Position numbers and translations under genes: made by a program. A DNA stretch of 64,000 nucleotides. Origin: a virus. How positions within the stretch are numbered: position 1 is the stretch's first letter; the number at the start of each line of letters is the position of its first letter. Where the stretch lies: the IMG/VR virus record IMGVR_UViG_3300035698_007174, positions 4,684-68,683 of that record; one strand, given 5' to 3'. Below the pieces are notes generated by a model. It was not told the origin of the DNA and did no database searches. It saw only the letters and a list, made by a program, of their open reading frames with translations. This document shows, in pieces, positions 18,366 through 28,335 of the stretch.

Positions 18366-19933
18366 AAGAATATCTGATTGTTAAAAGACAAATTGTATTG
18401 ATATGGAAGAATGTTCCAAAAACAGAGTGGAATAGAATTCTTGGTACAATACAAAATATCCCAAAAAGGATTTATGATCCGTATAAAAAACTATGGTACT
18501 TACCCAGGACCTATGAAAACTTGAGAATTCTTAAACAGTTGGGGTTTGAAAAGAAGTTTAAAGGAAAGTTTGAGTTTACCCCTTTAGAGATCTCAAAACA
18601 TTATGATAGTCCATTGCCTTTATTTAAGTTTCAGAGAGAAGGACTTGACTTCTTAATTACAATGGGAGGTAATGCTTTATTGGCTGATGATATGGGATTA
18701 GGGAAAACTATTCAGACAATTTCTTATCTTGAGTATGAGAAAGAAAAAAAGACTTTGATAGTTTGTCCTTCTTGTGTAAAGTTTGTATGGGAGATGGAAA
18801 TTGAAAAATGGTTAGGAGAAGAGACTTCTGTTTTTAAAAATGATAAAGAATATGTTAATACCAGAATTACAATCACTAACTATGACAGACTCTACACAAA
18901 TTCATACTTCTTTAACAAACAGAATTATGAGATTATAATATTTGATGAAGCTCACATGATCAAAAATCCAGAAAGTCAGAGAGGGGCAGCGAGTAAATAT
19001 TTAGCAACAAGTCCGACTGTTAAACACGTTATTGGACTTACCGGAACTCCAGTAGAAAATAGACCAATTGACATATTTGCATTATTGCAATTAGTTAGAC
19101 CTGATGTTTTCTTTAACAAACAGAAATTTGTTGAAAGATATTGCGGGGCAAAATGGAATGGATTCGGAATAAATGATAAAGGTCATAGTAATGTGGAAGA
19201 ACTAAATCAATTGTTAATTTCTACTTGCATGATCAGGAGGACTAAAGAAGAAGTATTACCGGATCTACCGAGCAAAACAATTACTGTAATGCCAGTTGAG
19301 ATTGAAAATCGAGCAAAATATAACTTAGCCAAGAAAGATTACCTGAAGTACCTAACAAAATACGAAAATAGGGTAGAGTCCGAGTATCATCCAATGGCAA
19401 AAAGAGAGAAGTTAAAACAAATTGCAGTTGCAGGTAAGATGAAAATGATTTACAATTTTGTTGAATCTAATATTGCTACGTCAAATCAAAAGTTAGTTAT
19501 TATGTGTGTCCGTCATAGTACAATTGATTCCCTGATGGAAAAGTATGGAAAGATTGCAGTTAAAATCGATGGGAGGATTAATGACAAAGAAAGAAAAATT
19601 GCCGTTACTAGATTCCAAGAAGATCCAAAAGTTAAAATATTTGTCGGTCAAATTGTCGCTGCTGGAACGGGAATTACCCTTACTGCTGCTTCCAATGTTC
19701 TGTTCCCAGAATTCACTTATAAACCAACAGAGCATGATCAGGCAAGTGATAGAATTTATAGAATCGGACAAAAATTCCCCTGTAATATAACTTATATGAT
19801 CGGGATTAATACGATTGATGAAGAAGCTATTCAATTGTTTGATGAAAAAAGAAAAGTTATTACTGCTATTGTAGATGGTAAGGAGGTTGAGGACACTGCC
19901 GTGTTGACAGAGTTAATTAAGAAATATCAATAA
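18362..19933 (+). CDS. SNF2-family (SMARCAL1-like) DEAH helicase/ATPase
   Basis: LADDMGLGKT, DEAH, LTGTPVENRP, GITLTAA, QASDRIYRIGQ. Confidence 0.93.
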   Translation: MKEYLIVKRQIVLIWKNVPKTEWNRILGTIQNIPKRIYDPYKKLWYLPRTYENLRILKQLGFEKKFKGKFEFTPLEISKHYDSPLPLFKFQREGLDFLITMGGNALLADDMGLGKTIQTISYLEYEKEKKTLIVCPSCVKFVWEMEIEKWLGEETSVFKNDKEYVNTRITITNYDRLYTNSYFFNKQNYEIIIFDEAHMIKNPESQRGAASKYLATSPTVKHVIGLTGTPVENRPIDIFALLQLVRPDVFFNKQKFVERYCGAKWNGFGINDKGHSNVEELNQLLISTCMIRRTKEEVLPDLPSKTITVMPVEIENRAKYNLAKKDYLKYLTKYENRVESEYHPMAKREKLKQIAVAGKMKMIYNFVESNIATSNQKLVIMCVRHSTIDSLMEKYGKIAVKIDGRINDKERKIAVTRFQEDPKVKIFVGQIVAAGTGITLTAASNVLFPEFTYKPTEHDQASDRIYRIGQKFPCNITYMIGINTIDEEAIQLFDEKRKVITAIVDGKEVEDTAVLTELIKKYQ

Positions 19934-19944
19934 GGAGATATAAT

Positions 19945-20136
19945 ATGGAAAAAAAAGTAACGAGTGTGCAATTAGTTGCATGGTGTGACTGTTTTCCTGA
20001 TCGAGTTTCTAAGCAGGAAAAGGTAGGTGGAAATACTGTAGATTATTACTATTCTGATAATAGTCTCCAGCATTTAATCGGGGTTGTAGACTGGACTGAG
20101 GAAACTTGTGTGTTAGTTGTGCCAGAAGATCACTAA
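19945..20136 (+). CDS. Hypothetical protein
   Basis: TAAGGAG RBS. Confidence 0.55.
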   Translation: MEKKVTSVQLVAWCDCFPDRVSKQEKVGGNTVDYYYSDNSLQHLIGVVDWTEETCVLVVPEDH

Positions 20137-20422
20137 CTTTGTCTAGGATGGGCTGTATCAAAAATGTAACGTTTACATTTGAGCGTAGTTATGTTTTTTG
20201 TATAATCATACCATAAGGGAGGTGGATTGAGTGAAGGTACTGTTTTGAACGTTTGAGAGGAGAGTGTAAAAATGAGTAAAAAAAGAGACAGAAAGAAACC
20301 AACTTGTCGCAGAATATTCGGTACACCAAAAGAAGTATTTATAATAGGAACATTAGGTGGGGAACTAGTCTATCTTTCAAAAGAAGAAATTGAAAAATTG
20401 AAAAAAACATGGGAAAAACATA

Positions 20423-21310
20423 ATGTTTGATGTAATTAGATTTTTAAAGGACTATGGTATTCATTTTGATACTGAGGGAAAGAATACTCAAGAAGATTGG
20501 GTTCAGATCCAATGTCCTATGTGTGATGATCATGAAAATCATGGAGGGTTTAATTATGTGAAAGGTTATTTCACCTGTTGGAAATGCAAGTGGCATCCAT
20601 TGGATAAAGTAATCAAAGCCTTAACTAATGAAAGTCCATACTCGATCATTGCCAAGTATGATCGGGCAGAATCAATCAGGGACAAACTGAAAAAGAAAAA
20701 GAATATTGAAAAAGTAAATTTCATCCTGCCAGGGGAGAAAATGAGAAAATGTCACAAAAAGTATTTACTGGAAAGAAATTTTGATCCGGATTATCTTGAA
20801 GCAAAATATGGTTTGCTCGGGGTAGGTCACTTAGGAAATTATGCTTTTAGGATAGTGATTCCCATTTACTTTGAAGGTCAGATAGTTTCTTATCAGACCA
20901 GAACTATTTTAGATAATGAGTCGGTAAAATACATAACCTGTTCTAAGGAAATGGAAATAATTCATCATAAGCATATTCTTTACAATCTTGACCATTGCCG
21001 AGAAGATTTCATTGTGGTTTGTGAAGGTGTAACTGATGTTTGGAGATTAGGTGATAATGCTGCTTGCACGTTCGGGATTGAATGGTTGACTGAACAGGCT
21101 AAACTTCTTTTAGAATATGAGAGAGTCTTCATTCTTTTTGATCCGGAAGATCTGGCTCAAGAGCAAGCAGACAAACTGGCAATGCTTGTCAATACCCTAA
21201 AAGACAATACTTGTGAGATGATTTTGATTCCGGCTGATTGTGACCCAGGAAAGTTATCGGATACCGATGCAAGAGATTTAATGACTGATTTAAGAAATAG
21301 ATATTTCTGA
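20423..21310 (+). CDS. DNA primase (Zn ribbon + TOPRIM)
   Basis: CPMC...CWKC zinc finger, RIVIP, CEGVTD, FDPED, DPG. Confidence 0.88.
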   Translation: MFDVIRFLKDYGIHFDTEGKNTQEDWVQIQCPMCDDHENHGGFNYVKGYFTCWKCKWHPLDKVIKALTNESPYSIIAKYDRAESIRDKLKKKKNIEKVNFILPGEKMRKCHKKYLLERNFDPDYLEAKYGLLGVGHLGNYAFRIVIPIYFEGQIVSYQTRTILDNESVKYITCSKEMEIIHHKHILYNLDHCREDFIVVCEGVTDVWRLGDNAACTFGIEWLTEQAKLLLEYERVFILFDPEDLAQEQADKLAMLVNTLKDNTCEMILIPADCDPGKLSDTDARDLMTDLRNRYF

Positions 21311-21364
21311 TTGAATTCCTTGCGGTAGTCTGTTATAATTAAAAATACGACCAAAGGAGAATAT

Positions 21365-21637
21365 ATGATCACACGAAGCAAAAATCAAAATGTAATAGTA
21401 GTGAAAAATTCAATGATTAGAGACTCAAATCTTTCTTGGGAAGCCACTGGTCTTTTAATTTATTTGCTACACTTGCCAGATAACTTCGAGATTACACTTC
21501 CAAATCTAAACAAATTAAAAAATAGTACTCCAGAAATAACAGAACGGACTTTTCACGAATTAGAAAATGCGAAGTATATTCAAGTAAGGCAAGAGGAATA
21601 CTTTGTCTATGATGAAATACAGAGAGTATGCCGATGA
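21365..21637 (+). CDS. Small HTH protein, paralogous to the N-terminus of the next gene
   Basis: DSNLSWEATGLLIYLLHLPDNF vs DTRLSVRALGLLAYMLHFPDDW; TTGAAT..TATAAT promoter upstream. Confidence 0.75.
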   Translation: MITRSKNQNVIVVKNSMIRDSNLSWEATGLLIYLLHLPDNFEITLPNLNKLKNSTPEITERTFHELENAKYIQVRQEEYFVYDEIQRVCR

Positions 21638-22941
21638 TTATACGAATTAAAAAAAGCGGAAACTTTACTGTTATGGATAACAAAACACTTTTAGACACTA
21701 GACTGTCTGTCAGGGCTTTAGGTCTGCTTGCGTATATGTTACATTTTCCTGATGATTGGCAATTCTCTTTAAGAAACTTAGTGGAAAATAGGAAAGATGG
21801 AAAGCAAACAATCAATACTGCGTTCAAAGAACTGGTGGATAATGGATATATAACCAAAAAAGGACAAAAAAAGGACAAAGAGGGTAGATTTTCCACGTTT
21901 GAGTATGTTGTATATGATACACCGTGTACCGGTTTCCGGTGTGCGGAGAAACGGTGTGCGGAAAAACAGGTCACTAATAAGAATGAAGGATTACTAAGTA
22001 CTAATATTAATAAGAGTAAAGGTTTTGAAGAACCTAATATTGATTTAATTCCTAAAGAAGTAAAAATAGATATATCATTCCTAATGGATAAAAAGTTTAT
22101 TAATCTCATTAAGAGATGGAATCGAGTGGGATCTCCAGCCAGCAAGCACGCAGTCAAGGGAAGCAAAACACTTGTCCTGGCTTACAAATATTGTCAACAG
22201 CTGATCTCCGGCACTTTCATTGCAGAAAATACCAATATCACAGATGAATGGTTGCAGAAAGTGAAATATAATAGACCGGAACAGAAATGGACTTGGGAAG
22301 AGATTTTTGAAGTTGTCAGATTAGTTTCTCTCCAGTATGAAGAAGGTTATTATCCCTACTCAGTAGAGGACAAAAAGAGAATACTCCCAAAATCTTTGAC
22401 TACGCTATTTTACAATCCATATTCGGCAGGAAATCCATCTACTTTTTTGAGAGTATTTTCTAAACCTCCAGAGTACTTTTCTGAAAATATAAAAGAGCGG
22501 ATAGACAAGTTTCCAAAGTACACAGAATTGTTCCATAAGGAGTTTTTAAAGGGAGTTGAACTTAACAAAAAAGACACAAATCTCCTGATCTATAAAGTCT
22601 CTCAGTTGGTACAAATACAACATGATGAAGCATCATTGGATATTGTTGATGGTACACTCACAAAGTATTATCGAGATAAAATTGAGAGAGGTAACTTTTT
22701 CTCTTGGTTCGGAAGAAGAGATGAGACTTCTGTTTTTCTAAAAAGGTATCTTCAATGGTTGAATGAACTGGTTGGCTCTTGGGAAGAATACGATAGATCT
22801 ATTCGGAATATTGCTATTTCTGGTAAGTTGTGGGATAGATTTTGTTTCTGGTTTCAGGAATCTTCAGGGAATGTCCCTGTCTATGCCAGCAGTGCCTATA
22901 TGCAAGATTTATTATTTCAATATAAAAACAAAAATAAATGA
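21628..22941 (+). CDS. Replication initiator-like protein with N-terminal HTH
   Basis: NFTVMDN..L.D.RLS..A.GLL...FKELVDNGYI; internal 15-bp repeats; between primase and helicase. Confidence 0.7.
   Translation: MPMIIRIKKSGNFTVMDNKTLLDTRLSVRALGLLAYMLHFPDDWQFSLRNLVENRKDGKQTINTAFKELVDNGYITKKGQKKDKEGRFSTFEYVVYDTPCTGFRCAEKRCAEKQVTNKNEGLLSTNINKSKGFEEPNIDLIPKEVKIDISFLMDKKFINLIKRWNRVGSPASKHAVKGSKTLVLAYKYCQQLISGTFIAENTNITDEWLQKVKYNRPEQKWTWEEIFEVVRLVSLQYEEGYYPYSVEDKKRILPKSLTTLFYNPYSAGNPSTFLRVFSKPPEYFSENIKERIDKFPKYTELFHKEFLKGVELNKKDTNLLIYKVSQLVQIQHDEASLDIVDGTLTKYYRDKIERGNFFSWFGRRDETSVFLKRYLQWLNELVGSWEEYDRSIRNIAISGKLWDRFCFWFQESSGNVPVYASSAYMQDLLFQYKNKNK
21922..21966. repeat. 15-bp iteron-like repeats inside the initiator gene
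   Basis: CCGTGTACCGGTTTC / CGGTGTGCGGAGAAA / CGGTGTGCGGAAAAA followed by an AT-rich tract. Confidence 0.6.
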
Positions 22942-22946
22942 GTTTC

Positions 22947-22968
22947 TACGGTATAATTAAATAAGGAG
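22947..22968 (+). promoter_or_regulatory. Middle promoter+RBS motif, copy 1
   Basis: TACGGTATAATTAAATAAGGAG; 21/22 identical to 30828..30849. Confidence 0.65.
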
Positions 22969-22972
22969 CATA

Positions 22973-23239
22973 TTGATGGAGAAAATAGTATTGTATAGGT
23001 CTTTTAACAATGGAATGTTTGATACACCTGAACAGTGTCTTGCTTATGAAAATAAAAAAGAGTTGTCTACTCGGATCAGGGAATCACAAGTGTTAGATGC
23101 TTCTGTTTCAGAAGAGGGCATTCATATCATTTTAAAAAAAGGAAATCATAAATTTGACTTATTCATTGAAAATAATGGAGATTATGTCAATCCTGTATGG
23201 TTCATTGAAGCAATAAAACAGGAGCGTGTTGATGATTAA
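22973..23239 (+). CDS. Hypothetical protein
   Basis: RBS; FDTPEQCLAYE motif common in small phage proteins. Confidence 0.6.
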   Translation: MMEKIVLYRSFNNGMFDTPEQCLAYENKKELSTRIRESQVLDASVSEEGIHIILKKGNHKFDLFIENNGDYVNPVWFIEAIKQERVDD

Positions 23240-23432
23240 AAAAGATATTTTATTTGATATTGGACTTTTAAAAAATAAAAAAGATGAATCTGCAATAATA
23301 ACTGGTATTCAAATTGCTGTTTCAAAGGATTTGGCTGAAGGTTCAATTTGTTATGAAGTACGGGTGGGAAAGGAATATGGATCAAGAATATTTTCACAAA
23401 AAGAACTTATTGAATGGAGGGATGCTGCATGA
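23226..23432 (+). CDS. Hypothetical protein
   Basis: Overlapping ORF in operon. Confidence 0.5.
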   Translation: MLMIKKDILFDIGLLKNKKDESAIITGIQIAVSKDLAEGSICYEVRVGKEYGSRIFSQKELIEWRDAA

Positions 23433-23746
23433 TTAACAGAAGATACAGAGAAAATGTAGTGATCAAGAGTAAAGAGTTGCCATTCACTGTAAATATTGCA
23501 GCTGGTGGAGCAGCTTATGTAAATGTCGATGGTACAATGAGAAAGATGGATTCTATCTTTTTTAAGCTCACCGGATTTTGGATGCTTAGTTACAAAGAAT
23601 GGAAGATTCTGGTGATTGGATATAACAAAGAAACCAAAGAGTTTAAGATACTGGTTGGGAATGAAGAAAAAGAAATTCCTCAAACATTTCCTGGGGTGTT
23701 TACTCTCAATAAAACAGAAAATGGTTATCAGGTGGTTAGGGTATGA
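23414..23746 (+). CDS. Hypothetical protein
   Basis: GGAGG RBS before MINRR. Confidence 0.55.
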   Translation: MEGCCMINRRYRENVVIKSKELPFTVNIAAGGAAYVNVDGTMRKMDSIFFKLTGFWMLSYKEWKILVIGYNKETKEFKILVGNEEKEIPQTFPGVFTLNKTENGYQVVRV

Positions 23747-24369
23747 GAGTGTTGGTAGCTTGTGAATTCTCTGGAAGAGTTCGGGAAGCATTCAGGAGAA
23801 AAGGACATTATGCCGTTTCTTGTGATTTACTCCCTTCTGAACTCCCAGGAAGACACTATCAGAGAGATATATTTGAAGTGATTGGTAAAGGATGGGATCT
23901 TCTAATTGCTCATCCTCCCTGCACTTACTTAACGATTAGTCTGGCTTGGTGTTATTACAATCCTGAAGATAAACATCTCCCTGTAGAGCAGAAAAGACCT
24001 CATCCAAAATTTCCGGATCGGAGACAGAGACAGGCAGATTCTATCCAATTCTTTAACAAATTGTGGAACTGCGGGATAGATAAAATCTGTGTAGAAAATC
24101 CAATCCCTCTCAAGATTTTAAAAGAAACTGTGGGTTCTTACTCTCAGATAATCCAGCCCTGGTGGTTCGGTGAAGATGCAAGCAAACAAACTTGCCTATG
24201 GTTGAAGGATCTACCTTTGTTAGTCGCAACTAACATACTGAAGAAAAAACAATATGCAAATCAAACTCCAAGTGGTCAGAACAAAGTAGGCCCGAGTGTA
24301 GATAGGTGGAAGCTACGATCTTTGACCTATTTGGCTGTTGCAGAAGCAATGGCAGAACAATGGGGGTAA
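23743..24369 (+). CDS. Phage DNA cytosine-C5 methyltransferase-like protein
   Basis: MRVLVACEFSGRVREAF, HPPCTY (PC motif), ENP, AMAEQWG terminus. Confidence 0.8.
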   Translation: MRVLVACEFSGRVREAFRRKGHYAVSCDLLPSELPGRHYQRDIFEVIGKGWDLLIAHPPCTYLTISLAWCYYNPEDKHLPVEQKRPHPKFPDRRQRQADSIQFFNKLWNCGIDKICVENPIPLKILKETVGSYSQIIQPWWFGEDASKQTCLWLKDLPLLVATNILKKKQYANQTPSGQNKVGPSVDRWKLRSLTYLAVAEAMAEQWG

Positions 24370-24370
24370 C

Positions 24371-25780
24371 ATGGAAATAAGTGCAAGGAAACCAGAGAAT
24401 AAACCAGAAAATCGCATTCTTATCGGAATTATTATAAGTGACCGATACATTTCAGAAATCTCCCCCCTCATTGAAACTCATCTTTTCAAAACTAAAATCT
24501 CAAAAAACATTATTAATTGGGCATTGGATTATTTTAAACAATATAAAACTGCTCCTCACCAAGATATTATGGTGGTATATGAAGACAACGTTGAAGCTGG
24601 AGAGATCGAGGATTCCATTATGGAATTGATTGGGAGATTCCTTCAGCAGTTGTCTTCTTTTTATCGGGAAGATAACTTTAACGAAGAGTATGAAATCGAT
24701 CAAGCAATTAAGTATCTTCGGAAGAGACAATTGCAAGTATTGAAATCTGAAGTCACCTATGCTATCAATAATGATTCTTTAGAAAATGCAGAAGATCTTA
24801 TTGAGAAGTTCAGGAAAATTAAACGGGAAGACCTAGATGTACTTGACGTTTTCCAAGACGTGAAAGAAGTAATGGAATGTTTAGAACAGACTGACGATGT
24901 TCTATTTAGATTCCCTGGGGCATTGGGTGAAATGTGTGGTGACTTTGTTCGGGATGACTTAGTTTCGTTTGCAGCTCCGGCCAAGAGAGGGAAAACATGG
25001 TGGTTGATCTATACTGCAATTCTCTGTTCATTGTTGGGATTGCGAGTAGTTATGTACTCTTTTGAGATGCCCAGAAAACAAATGTTGAAAAGGATTAATC
25101 AGTTTCTATGTGGTGGTTTTTTCGGGAATAAAGGAGATCAAACTACTATGATTCCATACTTTGAATATTGGGAACAGGACGAAGAAATGTTTGTAATAGA
25201 CTACAAAGAAGTCAAGGTAAGTCATATAGATTCCCAGAGAGTTCAGAAGAAATTGAAAGCTATCAATCATATTATGAGGACAGGACGTTTTAAACTGATT
25301 ACTGCTCCTCCAAATAGTATGAACTGTGGTCAGATTAAACATTCATTGGATGAGTTATATGACCATTATAATTTTGTTCCAGACGTGATTATTCTCGATT
25401 ATGCAGATTATATATTGCCATCGATCCAAGCGGAATACAGACACAAAGTTGATGATGTTTGGAAGTCTCTAAAGTCACTGGCCCGACAAACTCATACTTT
25501 GGTGGTGACTGCTACTCATACGAATAAAACGACACATCATAAGGATATTAAACAAGGAGATGAATCGGAAGATAGTAGAAAAGGAAATCATGTTAGTGCT
25601 ATGATTGCTCTAAATCAAACAGAGGAGGAAAAGGAAAAACAGATCACAAGAGCATCGATTACAGCCGGAAGACATATGGGATTTTTAGTGTCAAATACGG
25701 TAACAATATTGCAAAACTTAACGATTGGAAAAACCTATATTGATTCCAGGTTTTCTAATCAAGTCAAAACTAAGGAGTAA
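24371..25780 (+). CDS. dnaB: DnaB-like replicative helicase
   Basis: Walker A APAKRGKT, SFEM, ILDYAD; start likely MEISA at 24371. Confidence 0.88.
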   Translation: MEISARKPENKPENRILIGIIISDRYISEISPLIETHLFKTKISKNIINWALDYFKQYKTAPHQDIMVVYEDNVEAGEIEDSIMELIGRFLQQLSSFYREDNFNEEYEIDQAIKYLRKRQLQVLKSEVTYAINNDSLENAEDLIEKFRKIKREDLDVLDVFQDVKEVMECLEQTDDVLFRFPGALGEMCGDFVRDDLVSFAAPAKRGKTWWLIYTAILCSLLGLRVVMYSFEMPRKQMLKRINQFLCGGFFGNKGDQTTMIPYFEYWEQDEEMFVIDYKEVKVSHIDSQRVQKKLKAINHIMRTGRFKLITAPPNSMNCGQIKHSLDELYDHYNFVPDVIILDYADYILPSIQAEYRHKVDDVWKSLKSLARQTHTLVVTATHTNKTTHHKDIKQGDESEDSRKGNHVSAMIALNQTEEEKEKQITRASITAGRHMGFLVSNTVTILQNLTIGKTYIDSRFSNQVKTKE

Positions 25781-25783
25781 ATT

Positions 25784-25969
25784 ATGGAGTACATCCGTTT
25801 AGATCAGATTGTGGCTATATTAGATAGAGCAATGCTCAGAGCAAAGGTTATAAGTGAAAACGGAATACGCTCATGTTCTGTGAGAGATCACGAAATGGGA
25901 GAAACTACAATTGGAATCTGTCAGCGTTTAAAAGACCATTGTAAGGATGTCGCAGTAGAAATTGAATAA
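25784..25969 (+). CDS. Hypothetical protein flanked by 19-bp direct repeats
   Basis: AAGGAG RBS. Confidence 0.55.
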   Translation: MEYIRLDQIVAILDRAMLRAKVISENGIRSCSVRDHEMGETTIGICQRLKDHCKDVAVEIE

Positions 25970-25981
25970 AAGGAGTAAATT

Positions 25982-26812
25982 ATGGAGTCCTATAAGCTCA
26001 AACTTAAAGGAAAAAAACACGTTTCACTATTTTGGTTAGGAGATATACACGAAGGTAATTCTAACTTTAATGTGAACAAATTCAAGATTGCAGTTGAGAG
26101 AATTAAAGAGACTGCAAAGACCAGAGAAGTAATTGTTATGTTAGGTGGAGATCAAATTGATGCCATCACACATATCGGGGATAAGAGATTTAATCCTTCT
26201 GAGATCTGTGAAAAATATGCTTTACGGGATTTGAAAGATCTTCCCAGAAAACAGACAAAGTATCTGTATGAACTTCTGAAACCAATTGAACAATATATAA
26301 AATTGGCTCATGTTGGAAACCATGAAGAAGCATATATCAAACACAATGGCTTTGATGTTTATGACTATCTCTGTACTGATCTGCTACCGGACTGTATCAA
26401 ATTAGGTTATTTGGCTATGGGTATCCTGTCAGTGGAAGTCAATTCATTCTATTGTACTCTCCGGATCTGTTCTTCTCATGGAAATGGTGGTGGTGGTTAT
26501 ATGCCAGGTTATCCGGTAAACAATGTTGTGGCCCTATTCGATAAGTATGATGCTGATATATATATGATGGGACACGTCCATAAGTTGTTAGTCCATGATA
26601 AAGATGTACTTACACTAGACAAAAATGCTCAACCAGTTTATAAAACAAAATGGTATGGTGTTGGTGGTACTTTCTTGGAGACAATCAAAATCGGACATAG
26701 AAACTACTTTGAAGCTCAGAAAGGTGAGTTCTCTAAAATCGGTTTCTTGGAACTGAAAATTGATTATGCTGGCAGGGGATTTACGCATGAACTGTTAGCT
26801 CACAAGATGTAG
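25982..26812 (+). CDS. Calcineurin-like metallophosphoesterase
   Basis: GDIHEG, GGDQID, GNHE, HG, GHVH. Confidence 0.88.
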   Translation: MESYKLKLKGKKHVSLFWLGDIHEGNSNFNVNKFKIAVERIKETAKTREVIVMLGGDQIDAITHIGDKRFNPSEICEKYALRDLKDLPRKQTKYLYELLKPIEQYIKLAHVGNHEEAYIKHNGFDVYDYLCTDLLPDCIKLGYLAMGILSVEVNSFYCTLRICSSHGNGGGGYMPGYPVNNVVALFDKYDADIYMMGHVHKLLVHDKDVLTLDKNAQPVYKTKWYGVGGTFLETIKIGHRNYFEAQKGEFSKIGFLELKIDYAGRGFTHELLAHKM

Positions 26813-26820
26813 GAGAGAAA

Positions 26821-27321
26821 ATGAAAAAATTATTATTGTTTATGGTATTGCTGTTCTTGGTTCTCTCTTGTGCTTTTCCAGTAATTCCCAGGTATGTCCC
26901 TGAGATTTATGATGCAGATACTTTCAAATTGGATTACTTTTTTCAATCGAAAACTTTAATTGAAATAACTGTTTGGGTTTGTGATAATGTTGAATACTTG
27001 GCAGATGAAACGGATTATTGGCAGTCTCCAGAAGAAACATTAAGTTCGAGGATTGGAGACTGTGAGGATAAGGCTCTGCTGATTATGGTCTTGGCTTATC
27101 ATAAAATTAGAATTAAAGCGAATATAAGGATTTACTATTTTGAAAAGATAAACTCCGGTCATGCTGTAGTTGAACATGATGGATGGATTTATGATGGAAC
27201 AAACGGTCTACATATGACAGAAGAGGACTATGTTCTTAACTTTGATGCAATTGAAATTGATAATTTTGATTTTCAAAGGTCAATGGATGGTGTTTATGGT
27301 TATTACTACTTTACCTATTAG
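26821..27321 (+). CDS. Lipoprotein with transglutaminase-like cysteine protease domain
   Basis: Lipobox-like MKKLLLFMVLLFLVLS-C; DYWQSPEETL..RIGDCED, GHAV, YD (Cys-His-Asp). Confidence 0.8.
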   Translation: MKKLLLFMVLLFLVLSCAFPVIPRYVPEIYDADTFKLDYFFQSKTLIEITVWVCDNVEYLADETDYWQSPEETLSSRIGDCEDKALLIMVLAYHKIRIKANIRIYYFEKINSGHAVVEHDGWIYDGTNGLHMTEEDYVLNFDAIEIDNFDFQRSMDGVYGYYYFTY

Positions 27322-27329
27322 GAGGGTAT

Positions 27330-27986
27330 ATGAGAAGATGTTATAAATGTGGAAAAAAATGTGTTGATCTTTTTTGTGATGACTGCCATAAAACGAAGGT
27401 ACTAGCTATTGATTTTGATGGAACTATTATGAGCCATGTATATCCAGAGGTAGGTCCAGCCCTTCCTGATGCAATAGAGAGTATCAACAAACTGTATGAT
27501 GGAGGATTTTATATTATTATTTGGACTTGTAGATCTAATAATAATCCTGATCTGAATGATATTGAACAGATGGTCGATTGGTTAAAAGACAATGGAGTCA
27601 AATACCATAAGATAAATGAAAATGCAGATTTTGTGGAGTGGAAAGCTCACCCAAAGATCTATGCAGATATTTATATCGATGATAAACAAATTGGTGGCTT
27701 ACTACCCTGGAAGGAGATTTATAATATGATTACTGAAAATAAGAAATATAAGAAAGGTGACATTATTCAAGTGAAAACACGAGAGTGGTTTAAAAAGAAC
27801 ACAAAACAGGGACCATTCGGTTTTACCAATGAAGCTGCTGAAAAAGGCCCATGTTTCTTTTCTGATCAAATGACTGTATGTTGTGAAAATAAATATGTGG
27901 TTCGTGAATCATTTGATGATCATGTAGAGGTTTATGGTAATAAATATGTATGGGCCTACTGGATGGTTACGGGAGCCCTGATATGA
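27330..27986 (+). CDS. HAD-superfamily hydrolase with N-terminal Zn ribbon
   Basis: AIDFDGT, WTCR, KIYADIYIDDK; CxxC..CxxC at the N-terminus. Confidence 0.85.
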   Translation: MRRCYKCGKKCVDLFCDDCHKTKVLAIDFDGTIMSHVYPEVGPALPDAIESINKLYDGGFYIIIWTCRSNNNPDLNDIEQMVDWLKDNGVKYHKINENADFVEWKAHPKIYADIYIDDKQIGGLLPWKEIYNMITENKKYKKGDIIQVKTREWFKKNTKQGPFGFTNEAAEKGPCFFSDQMTVCCENKYVVRESFDDHVEVYGNKYVWAYWMVTGALI

Positions 27987-28318
27987 AAGATTGGAAAATA
28001 GGGGATATTGTATATCTCGACAATTCTGATCTAATGATGCTTGATGATATTAATGATGATATGATAACTGGTGCGGAAGCTATTGATGAAACTATGACTC
28101 AGATTATTGGTATGGGTGTTACTCAAAATCTCAGGAAGATTATCAAAGAGCTGGCATTGGAGATGAAAAATATCAAGCGAATACCATTCTGGGAGAAAAT
28201 GGATATTAAGTATGAATTGGGAGAGTTCGATTATAGTTATAGTCCGGAAGATAAAATATTAACAATCATAGGGATAGTGGATGCTGAAGGTCGAGCAGAA
28301 GCAGCATATTACAATTAA
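27950..28318 (+). CDS. Hypothetical protein
   Basis: GGGAG before MKDWK. Confidence 0.55.
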   Translation: MGLLDGYGSPDMKDWKIGDIVYLDNSDLMMLDDINDDMITGAEAIDETMTQIIGMGVTQNLRKIIKELALEMKNIKRIPFWEKMDIKYELGEFDYSYSPEDKILTIIGIVDAEGRAEAAYYN

Positions 28319-28335
28319 AGAATACTGGAGAACAA

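Noticed and set aside
21492-22166. 224-aa minus-strand ORF and other antisense ORFs in the track (e.g. 23351..23791, 59067..59519, 7035..7235)
   Set aside because: They are shadows of well-supported genes or tRNAs on the opposite or same strand, with no motifs or RBS.
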